From Octopus sinensis (Eukaryota), in assembly GCF_006345805.1 (NCBI RefSeq), contig NC_042997.1, forward strand, positions 127,162,001 through 127,226,000: a DNA stretch of 64,000 bases, read 5' to 3'. Position 1 is the first letter of the stretch. Each line of letters begins with the position of its first letter. The notes under the pieces were generated by a model. It was given only the letters and a program-made list of their open reading frames with translations, did not search any database and was not told the DNA's origin. Of the stretch, positions 25,154 through 35,438 are shown in pieces. The position numbers were made by a program, and so were the translations under genes.

Positions 25154-28100
25154 ATGTCAAGTATGCTTAAATTAGGTTGTGTGAATGCGCGTGGCTTGGC
25201 ATCGGCTTGGAAGCAAGGTTACCTTCTAAACGACATCAAGTCACTGAACGTGGATATAGTAGCTATCAGTGAAACCAGACTCAGTAAGCCGCGGGCCCTC
25301 GAGTCCATGTTTGGCAATCAATTTGACATTTATTTTTCTCCCTGTCTGCCGAACATGGGTGGTGGAAGTACCGCGGTGCTTTTTCGAAAGAGTCTAAATG
25401 TAAAAGTAAGAGCAATATTCCTAGACCCGGAGGGTAGGCTTGTTGTCTTGGACGTGGATGGCAGAAATGGGTGTGCATTCCGTCTGATGGCAGTTTATGC
25501 ACCGTCCTTAACGGGTCGGGCGGATTTCTTCAGACGTCTAGAGGTTTTCCTGGGTACGTCTAGACCTTTACTGTTAGTAGGGGATTGGAACGCTACCTTG
25601 GACACGCATCTAGATTATGTGGGAAGGGATAGAAATAGAAGGGGGTGTAAGAGCCTCAAAGACCTGCTCAGACGTTTCCATTTGTCTGACAGGTTCCGAC
25701 TCGACCATCCGAACGTGCCAACGTGGACTTGGACAAACCGCGTCGGATCGTCGAGATCTTATCTAGATAGAATTCTATGCAGGACAGCGGATAGGGATAG
25801 TGTAGGATGTCCACAATTTAAAATAGTCAGCTACACAGATCACAAATTTGTTACGTGTACGCTCGACTTAGATAAAACACATAGGCAGGGTCCAGGTTAC
25901 TGGAAACTGAACACGTCGCTGTTAGCGCGACAGGTTTACAAGAACCGGATTAGCGAGTTAATTAAGAGGGCGCTGACGGGAGCAGTCGTTAACAACCGCT
26001 GGTGGTACGCCCTGAAAATGGCAAGAAAATCGGAATCAATTAGGTTTAGCAAGGAATTATCGATAGAACGAAATAGAGTAGAGGGAGACTTGGTTAAGAA
26101 GCTAGAAGAGGCACTTACCACTGGCAGCGCAACCAACGTGCTGGCTGCGAGGATTGCCCTCGACCAACACCTCAACGCCAAGCACGAAGGTTGCGTCGTC
26201 AGAGCTAAAATGCGTGCCTTAAGGAACGAAGGGATCGAAGCTGCGCGAGAGGCCCGGGTAGCGGAGGCACAGCGTGGCAACAGAGCCACCATTCGGTCTC
26301 TAATAGATCAACAGGGATGCAGTTTACTCGAACCCGAAAGGATGTGTGAGGCCTTTCAACAGCACTTTGCTCGACTGTTTGGTGCGAGTGGTGGGTCGGA
26401 ACGCGAGATGGATTTCAGTGCCTACCTGACCGACCTGCCGCGGCTCTCGGCAAGAAAAGCGGAATGTTGTGAAAGTCCCATCACAGCCGCTGACGTGTGG
26501 GATGCGATGGCGGGCTGCGCGAGGGATAAGTCGCCTGGATTGGATGGTTTACCCTACGAGCTGTATTGTCAAATGCCAGACTTGTTTGGCGACCTCTTGG
26601 CATCAGTCTACTGCAACTGGCAACAAAACGGGTTTCGTGAGCCGAGGCGCAGTGACGTTGCTGAAGAAAGACCCAAACAAGGGGAATTTTATAGATAATT
26701 TCAGGCCCATCACTCTGCTCAACGCAGATTTGAAAATTTTGGCCAAAGTAATAGCCGAGAGGTTGGCGCTTGTCATTGGTAAACTGGTCGACAGGGCGCA
26801 AACATGCGCCGTGCCGGGCAGAACCATACATGACAACCTCCATCTGATGCGCTACATTGTGGACAGGGTAGTTAAGGATCCTGGCATGGGTGGGGCGCTG
26901 ATAAATTTGGATCAGTTTAAAGCCTTCGATAGGGTCGACCATCGGTACTTGGCGGCCGTCCTCAGGGCGGCTGGCTTCGGTCCCGTCTTCCGCGGTTGGA
27001 TCGCTGCCTTGTATAGCGGCATCCGATCGGTGATTCGGGTGAACGGTCACCTGTCGAAACCGTTTGACATCACGCGTTCGGTCCGTCAGGGGTGTCCCCT
27101 GTCGGCGCTTCTGTATGTATTGACTCTCGAGCCACTACTGCGGAAGCTGGCGACACTGAGGGGCATCCCACGGGAACTGGTTGCGGGACGAGCGTGTCGG
27201 CATATGCGGACGATGTCACCGTCATAGTGTCGAGCGACAAACACATCCAGATGATAGGCGAGACACTAAGAAAATACGAAGCGGTAACGGGAGCAAAGAT
27301 TAACCCGGAAAAGTCAGTGGGTTTGCTACTCGGCACCTGGAGAAGCAAGCCCATGCCGTCCGACTGCGGCTCAGTAGTGGGACGCTGGACGGACGGACCG
27401 GTTAAATTGCTCGGGGTGTGGTTCAGTCCGGACCTCCAAATGGATAAGAACTGGGACGAAATCACGAGTAGAGTGGTCGCTCTCAGCCAAACATGGGCCG
27501 AGAGAAAGCTGTCTCTAAAAGGCCGGGCGGAAGTGGCGAACGCGTACATCGCATCCGTCATCGATTACCGCCTGACCGTCGTACCTTGTCCCGACGCCAC
27601 CATCACCAAACTGGAACGCATACTCTTCCGCTTCCTGTGGAAGGGTGGCGTTCCGATGGTGAGGAAGTCCATTTGCTGTCAACATTCGTTGAATGGAGGA
27701 CTGGGCATGCCGTGGTTGATGATGCGCAGGCATGCGCTGAGACTGCGACATCTCTGGAACTTCATCGACGACGGTGAACAGGTGTGGGCGCCGTTTGTGA
27801 GTCGCGACTTCTCGCAGCTCGTCTCACTGACCGAACTGCAAACGTGGATCAAAAAGAGACCGAAACTGGGCGATTGGCGCCGAGAGTGTCGCTAAGCTCT
27901 ACAGCAGCTCTGCCGACCGGGGTCAAACTTGTGCAACTTACAAACGACTAAAGCGTTCTATAGAGGACTAGTGGAGGGGAGGTCCGACGACACACTCGGG
28001 GCAAACCTTGGCGTTGACGAGAAATTCCTAACCCGCCTGTTCAGGACGACGTTCGGGCCGGGGCCTATGGATAACTTCCAGAAATCCCTGGCTTGGCAGT

Positions 28101-28591
28101 GCTATCGAGACGCACTACCTGTTCGAGAGAAGAGCTACAGACACGGTTCGAAAACCATCACCGGACCGACCTGCCCGAGATGCGGTCAGAGCGACGAAAC
28201 CGTTCTGCACGCACTCGTGCAGTGTCCAGATATTTCAGAGCTGTGGTCCTTCGTCGAACAGCTGTTGTCACGTGTAGGTCGGGCTCGCCTATCGGCCGAG
28301 TCTATCGTGAATATTGTTCCACCACCTTCCTTTAAACGGGAAGGGAAAACGGTTTTCGTTACGCTGATGGCTATGGCGAAAGAATGTGTGTGGTGGACGC
28401 GTTTGAAAGGACTGCAAACAAACACCTTCCTCTCTGGCCAGTCTCTCGTCAACTTTTTCAAGTACCACTTGAAAAGGAGGATGAGAATAGAGAGGAAGGC
28501 TTTGTCGAACGAATGTTTTAATAAAAAGTGGGTAAAAGTGGCAAAAATGGTCAGTATGAAAGACGACACTATTTTAAGCATAAATCTGTAA
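25154..28591 (+). pseudogene. LINE ORF2: APE endonuclease, reverse transcriptase and C-terminal zinc finger
   Basis: NARGL, ISET, YAPS, GDWN, YLDR, TDH (APE); SPGLDG, FRPITLLNADLKILAK, KAFDRVDH, RQGCPLS, YADD (RT); CPRC..ETVLHALVQC; two frameshifts and one stop. Confidence 0.92.
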
Positions 28592-28881
28592 CGAAAAGAG
28601 ACAACGAGAAGTAAGGCGACTTACTCATGTGTTCTTTTTCGAATTGTCTGAGGTGACCTTGGTCTTTTTTGTAGGTTTTTCTTTCCAAGGCTACACTTAA
28701 ACTGTGAACCTTATATATATATATATTGCTTTTTTATACACCACACAACCCACAGATCCCTATTGATCAAACGTTTTTTTTTTTTCGTGCCCCACCCATC
28801 CCACCTCGAAAAGAAAAAATTCTACATTGTATTTCGTCCATTTTTATTCTGTGTTTAGCCCTGTGTGGCTACAATAGAAAG

Positions 28882-28882
<1 letters not shown>

Positions 28883-28959
<77 letters not shown>
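28883..28959. repeat. (TATC)n tract at the 3' flank of the LINE
   Basis: Pure run directly abutting the LINE 3' end. Confidence 0.95.
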
Positions 28960-29195
28960 GTATGTGAGAGAGAGAGAGAGTGTATGTGTCTGTCTGTCTC
29001 TCTGTCTGTCTATCTGTACGACCCAGTCATAAGGCTTTAGCCAATCCGAGGCTTTAGAGAAATCACTTGCCCAAGGTGTTGCACTGTAGGACCTTACAGG
29101 TGAGAAATATATTTTTTTAACCATACAGCCACATCAGCACTCTTTCCTTTTCACGCTTTCTTTTTTATACAGACACGCACACACATATACGCGTG

Positions 29196-29227
<32 letters not shown>

Positions 29228-29565
29228 AAGATGCATTATAAAATTCGTTTTGAATAGGACTTGAGCTTTCGCAGTGGTGGGAATTTTTATCCATTGTTTA
29301 TACAGAGGAAAAAAAGAAGAGCTCCTTTATTGGAATCGATGCCAAAGTAGTAGAATACATTTGTTGTTCAAATTCTTTTTAAAAGTTTTTTCTGGAGTAA
29401 AAATCTTATAAGTTTAAATATTTGTAATGCGAAGATGAAATGGTAAAGAAAGGAAAAAATAAAATTATAATAAGGTGTGAGAATGCATGGGTTATTATCT
29501 CTATTGAAAAAATAAAGGTTGGAAACAAGAAATTGATAATTTAAGGTAAGTATATGCGCTTGTGT

Positions 29566-30045
29566 GGGGGCGCAATGGCCCAGTGGTTAGGGCAGCGTAC
29601 TCGCAGTCGTAGGATCGCGGTTTCGATTCCCAGACCGGGCATTGTGAGTGTTTATTGAGCGAAAACACCTAAAGGTCCACAAGCCTCTGTACTCTTTCAC
29701 CACAATTTTCTCTCACTCTTTCTCCTGTTTCTGTTGTACCTGTATTTCAAAGGGCCAGCTTTGTCACACTCGGTGTCACGCTGAATCTCTCCGAGAACTA
29801 CGTTAAGGATACACGTGTCTTTGGAGTGCTCTGCCACTTGTACGTTAATAAATGAGCTGCGACTTCACTGGTGCTAAGCTGTATCGGCCTTTGCCTTTCC
29901 CCTCGATAACACTGGTGGCGTGGAGAGGGGAGGCTGGTATGCATGGGCGACTGTTGGTCTTCCATAAACAACCTTGCCCAGATTTGTGCCTCGGAGGGTA
30001 ACTTTCTAGGTGCAATACCATGGTCATTCATGACCGAAGGGAGTC
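29566..30045 (+). mobile_element. tRNA-derived SINE, family C, with 3' extension
   Basis: GGGGCGCAATGGCCCAGTGGTTAGGGCAGCG..GGTTTCGATTCCC head; related copy at 33935-34204. Confidence 0.75.
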
Positions 30046-30199
30046 ACACAATATGCGTTTGTGTTTTTGGTGTGTTGTGTGAATGTCTTTGTCACGATTG
30101 TCTTGCGTGTGAATGTGGGTGAATATGTTTGTGTGTTGTGTGTATGTGTGATACTTGTGTGCATGTGTGTTAAAATATGTGTATGGACTTATTACGAAT

Positions 30200-31050
30200 C
30201 CAGGAAATGCCAGCTGACAATTTCGCGCTCAGCTGAAGGTCTTTGATTTTAAGTACCGTGGATTCTATCATAGACTTCCATAGATGCAGGAGTGGCTGTG
30301 TGGTAAGTAGTTTGTTTACCAACCACATGGTTCCGGGTTCAGTCCCACCGCATGGCACCTTGGGCAAGTGTCTTCTACTATAGCCTCAGGCCGACCAAAG
30401 CCTTGTGAGTGGATTTGGTAGACGGAAACTGAAAGAAGCCCGTCGTATGTATGTATATATGTATATGTGTGTGTGTGTGTATGTGTGTGTGTATGTTTGT
30501 GTGTCAACCGATGCTGGTGTGTTTACGGCCCCGTAACTTAGCGGTTCGGCAAAAAAGACCGATAGAATAAGTACTAGGCTTCCAAAGAATAAGTCCTAGG
30601 GTCGATTTGCTCGACTAAAGGCGGTCAAATAATTTGCTCGACATGGCCGCGGTCAAATGACTGAAACAAGTAAAAGAGTAAAAAGAGAGATGCATGGAAC
30701 TGTTCCGTAGTGCCTGTAACATGCTTCAAAATCATCTGACATTCAAGTCTGCCAGTCACAGTCAACAAAATTTGCCTTCTTCAGTGTATATGTAGAGATG
30801 ATTTCCTGTATGGACGCAAAAATCTGGACTATGAAGAAGGAGCATGAAGGTACGCACACCATGCTTTTATTGAAGATGCAAGTGTTACATGATGGAAGTA
30901 CACGATAACAGAAGATTTATGCACATATTCCATTCATATCAAATATTGTCACTTTACGTTAACAGATTTTACTTGCCACTTCTACCGTGTTGAATCCCAG
31001 ATCATATCAAATACTGTATTTTAGAGGTTACCGCACCATATTAGAGGGTG
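30200..31050 (+). mobile_element. Decayed RTE-like LINE, post-RT region, interrupted by a SINE
   Basis: Fragments DFKYRG (cf. FKYLGS), FLYGRKN..WTMKKEHEGT (cf. LYG.E.WT) and IYAHIPFISNIV. Confidence 0.5.
30284..30688 (+). mobile_element. SINE family D (tRNA head, internal microsatellite, RTE-like tail)
   Basis: GCAGGAGTGGCTGTGTGGTAAG..GGTTCAGTCCC head; tail CATGGCCGCGGTCAAATGACTGAAACAAGTAAAAGA. Confidence 0.85.
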
Positions 31051-32795
31051 AAGGTAGAGGCGCATAGCTTAGTGGTTAGGATGTCGTAAGATTATGGTTT
31101 CGATTCCTGTATTGTGTTCTTGAGCAAGACACTTCATTTCACTTTGTTCCAATCCATTTGTTTTGTTTTTTTTATTTTACCCTTTACTTTCTCTTCCTTT
31201 CACATCTTTCTTTCTTTCTGTTTCTTTATATTTATGTGAGTCTTACAAATTTAACACTTACTTTGAATAAACAAATTATTTGCGCTTATACTGTATATTG
31301 TTTGTTGTTGAATCGATTATCAAGAATGTTGTATCTGAGGTCGTTATGACATACTCTCTTTACGATTAGAAAACTTTGCTTGTAACATGACCTACAATTA
31401 CCTGTTGAAACAAATTCACTTAAATGTTAAAATACGACGCCTCGATCAGGGAGGAATATATATGCACCCACCAGAGAACCCGTGAAACCAGCCCTATGCT
31501 CCTTAAGGAGTGATGAGGACTCTCCAATATAAGGCAAAAATAACTCAACTATATTGATGTTATTGGTAGAAATTCACAACATGAAACTGAGGACCTACTA
31601 AAACTGATGAGACACAGAATTTTCTGGCAGGGCATTGTGAAACACATTTGGATTGCAGTCGCTTGAAAAAGAGTGTTCATATATATACAGGAAATTAATA
31701 ATTAGAATTAACTAATACATATCATATTCCTTTACTCAAGAAACTTAAAAATTTTAAAATTCAGTCCTTATGTTACTATAACAACCCGCTTTCTAAAAAT
31801 TCTCACAATTAAATAACTTAATGCAAATATTCTAGAAAGCAGCCGCACATATACACGAACAAACCTAAAAATTCTTGCATATTGATGCTTAAATTCCTTA
31901 AACAAACTAATTCAAAATATATCGGTGCATATTTAATAGAATTATACAGAAGATAAAATACATATTTCGAGGAAATTTAAATTGAAACATTTATATGATT
32001 ATGCTTTTATTTTACCTAAACTTTCTCTCCATTTTCTGAAGGACTTCATGCAATTATTCTAATACGCATGCATACAGTGAAACTCACAAACACATGCGCT
32101 GAGAAATACAAATACCATTGTGCTCAATCATACACATATGGAAAATAACACAAGTAAAATAAGACATATGCGCACACACGCTCAAACATACCTGGACACA
32201 CACACACACACACACACCACACACACTAACACAAAACATCAGTTTCTGTTTTTTGATTTTTGTTTAATTGTTTTGTTTCAATTAATTCAGTAGAAATAAC
32301 ACGTATGCAGTACCTCTGGCTCCTCGATTGTTATTTTTCTCTTCCCTCAACTTTTCATTCTTTGCTTAATCCCCCTCCCTTCCCCTATTTTAATCATATC
32401 AGATTTTGACTCCGCAACAATTCTTTTACACTGCCTCGGTATCCGTTTCTAATAATGAAGCATTTCAGTTTTATCTATATAGACATTAGTAACAAGATAA
32501 TGTTCATTACTGGTTGAATAATCCTCCAGGCAGAAACTAAAGATCCTGCAAATATGAATATTATAATAGAGTTGATACTGTTTATAGTACTGCGTCTTCC
32601 TATCAGTAAATACTCAACTGTTATTCATGAAATTTATTTAAAATAACTCACACATATACATGGTGAAAGTCCTATATAAATGGCGAAATAAAATTGTACG
32701 GAAAAAGAAAAACGAAAAGAAAACGACGAAAAATAAACTGCGTCAGCAACTGCGACTCATCATCAGCTGTCGACTGGACAATACTGCAGTTTTGA

Positions 32796-33630
32796 AAGGC
32801 GGCGAGCCGGCAGAAATGTTAGCACGCCGGGCGAAATGCGTAGCCGTATTTCGTCTGCCGTTACGTTCTGAGTTCAAATTCCGCCTAGGTCGATTTTGCC
32901 TTTCATCCTTTCGGGGACGATAAATTTAGTACCAGTTACGCACTGGGGTCGATATAATCGACTTAATCTGTCTGCCTGTCCTTGTTTGTCTCCTCTATGT
33001 TTAGCCCCTTGTGGGCAATAAAGAAATAAGAAACGTTAGCACACCGGGCGAAATGCTTAGCGGTATTTCTTCTGTCTTTATCTTCTGAGTTCAAATTCTG
33101 CTGAGGTCTACTTTGCTTTCATTTTTTCGGGGTCGATAAATTAAGTACCAGTTGCGTGCTGGAGTCGATCTAATCAGCTGGCCCCCTCCCCCAAAATATC
33201 GGGGTTTGTGCCTATAGTAGAAAAGAATATTCAAAGGCCCGAGCTGGCAGAAACGTTAGCACGCCACGCGAAATGCTTAGTGGTATTTCGTCTGCCGTTA
33301 CGTTCTGAGTTCAAATTCCGCCGAGGTCGACTTTGCCTTTCATCCTTTCGAGGTCGATAAATTAAAGTACCAGTTACGCTCTGGGGTCGATGTAATCAAC
33401 TTAATACCTATGTCCGTCCTTGTTTGTCCCCTCTATGTTTAGCCCCTTGTGGGTAATAAAGAAATAGGTATTTCGTCTGCTGTTACGTTCTGAGTTCAAA
33501 TTCCGTCTAGGTCGACTTTGACTTTCATCCTTTCGGGGTCGATAAAGTAAGTACCGTTGCGTACTGGTGTAGATCCAATCGACTGGCTCCCTCCCCAAAT
33601 ATTTTGGGCCTTGTGCCTAGAGTAGAAAAA
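32796..33630 (+). mobile_element. Tandem of two dimeric family A SINEs
   Basis: Four core copies with tails alternating A,B,A,B; AATACTGCA(G/A)TTT on both flanks (32780-32792, 33631-33643). Confidence 0.9.
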
Positions 33631-33801
33631 AATACTGCAATTTCGGATCCTTCCAGGTTGTATACTTAATCTTTTTTTCCGGTTTAACATTCCACCAGAT
33701 CCCTGAGAGACTTCAGCATAATGTACGCCGTAGCAAGGTTCCCAGTAAATTTTCTGGTATGAGATTTTGAAATATCTCTTCCATCTCTTAGTCCCAAAAT
33801 T

Positions 33802-33877
33802 TATTAAAATTTCGGCCACTTAGCCTTCGTCAGATAGTCCGACAAAGGCTAGTTGTCCGAAACTTCGAAATCAATAT
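33802..33877. ncRNA. Two back-to-back hammerhead-like motifs on opposite strands
   Basis: Minus: TAT-CTGACGA-A-GGC-taagtg-GCC-GAAA; plus: ATAGT-CCGACAA-AGG..CC-GAAACTTCGAAATC-AATAT. Confidence 0.55.
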
Positions 33878-33934
33878 TACTCCTCTCTTTTCTAAAAGAT
33901 TAATAAACGCGTTCTTTTCTTTTCGCCGTTTTCA

Positions 33935-34204
33935 AGCCTAGTCAACTCATGGGCCCGGTTTCCCGGGTTCTATGGCGTATGTGGACTGGGCGGGACGCCA
34001 GTCCATCGCAGCAGCGTTACTCAAGAAATAGGAAGAAAGAGTGAGAGAAAGTTAAGGTGAAAAAGTACAACAGGTGTCGCCACCACTCTCTGCCGGAGCC
34101 TCGTGGAGCTTTAGGTGTTTTCGCTCAATAAACATACACAACGCCCGGTCTTGGAATCGAAACCGCGAGTCCGCTGCCCTAACCACTAGGCCATTGCACC
34201 TCCA
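33935..34204 (-). mobile_element. SINE family C
   Basis: Reverse complement of the head at 29566. Confidence 0.8.
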
Positions 34205-34216
34205 CAAAATACTCCC

Positions 34217-34436
34217 TTTTAAAGCCTAGCCAGGCTCATGGGCCCGGTTTCAATGGCGTATATGTTCCCCAGCCAGTACATCAAAGCGTTACTCATTTTT
34301 GCCAGCTGAGTGAACTGGAGTAACGTGAAAGGAAGTGTTTTGCTCAAGAACACAACGCGTTGCCCAGTCCAGGAATAAAAACCATAATCTTAAGATCATG
34401 GTGCTGACACCCTAACCACTAAGCTACGCGCCTCCA
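34217..34436 (-). mobile_element. SINE family B
   Basis: Reverse complement of 3064-3310. Confidence 0.8.
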
Positions 34437-34885
34437 TTAATAAACGTGTACTCTAAATCACAAGGTGGAGCCAGTCAGAGAATCGAAATCGCAATCTTGC
34501 GATTGTGAGAGCAACGATCTGACAACCAGGCTAAGCGCTTTCACACACAAGCACACACAAACACACACACACCACACACATGCACGCACGCACACACAAC
34601 ACAACACACACACACACACACACAAACACGCATGCAAACACACACATGCACATACACACATATTCACTTTTCAGTTATTTGACTGCGGCCATCCTGGAGC
34701 ACCGCGTTGAAGTGTTTTTGTCGAACAATTCGACCCCAGGACTTATTTTTAAGCCTAGCACTTATTCTATCGATTTCTTTTCTGAACCGCTAAGTCACAG
34801 GACGTAAACAAAACAATGCCGGTTGTCAAGCGATGAATGGAGGACAAACACGGACAAAAAGACATACACAAACACACATACATGT

Positions 34886-35397
34886 ATAACGGGAAGCTTT
34901 ATGAAAATAGACAAAAGACGAAGGCAGGTGGAAAACAAACGAACAATTGTATTTGTATGGCGCTCAGGAAATATAAATAAAAGAAGTCTTTAACGTTTCG
35001 AGCCTACACTCTTCAACAGAAAGATACACAGAGAGAAAAAAACACAGAAAGAAGGAGAGAAAAAAAATGCGTGCAGTAGCTAACGAATCAACATGGCGAT
35101 CTGATTTCGGCCAGAGGTCAAAGATCAAACATGAGACGCGAGAGCAAAATAAGGGGAGATAATAGGGTTGATAATAGGGTTGATAATAGGGTTGAAGGAC
35201 CAGCTAATAGTGCGTAGGAGGGGTCTGGACGTGTGTATGTATAGGGTTGGTGTATGTATTAGTATGTATAAGGGTGTGTGTGTGTGTGTGTGTGTATGAG
35301 AGAGTATTAGTGCGTAGGATTGGTCTGGACGTGCGTATGTATGGGGTTGGTGTATGTATTAGTATGTATTAGTATGTATTAGTACTATTATATGTAT

Positions 35398-35438
<41 letters not shown>

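Larger units (their letters stand above)
23013..28882 (+). mobile_element. Full-length L1/Tx1-clade non-LTR retrotransposon (~5.9 kb)
   Basis: 5'UTR, ORF1 with CCHC knuckle, ORF2 APE-RT-zinc finger with PGYWKLN and GGLGMP motifs typical of L1/Tx1; (TATC)n on both sides; no poly(A). Confidence 0.9.

Noticed and set aside
25281-28581. Antisense and overlapping ORFs in LINE ORF2
   Set aside because: Shadow ORFs of GC-rich coding sequence with no independent motifs
29566-29640. tRNA-like sequence (also at 3064, 30284, 49412)
   Set aside because: A/B boxes run into SINE bodies and no complete cloverleaf forms, so these are SINE heads
32796-33630. CRISPR-like repeat/spacer pattern
   Set aside because: The units are SINE modules and the apparent spacers are themselves repeated; eukaryotic context with no cas genes
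35159-35194. Telomere-like repeat ATAATAGGGTTG x3
   Set aside because: Not TTAGGG, and internal to the PLE 3' region
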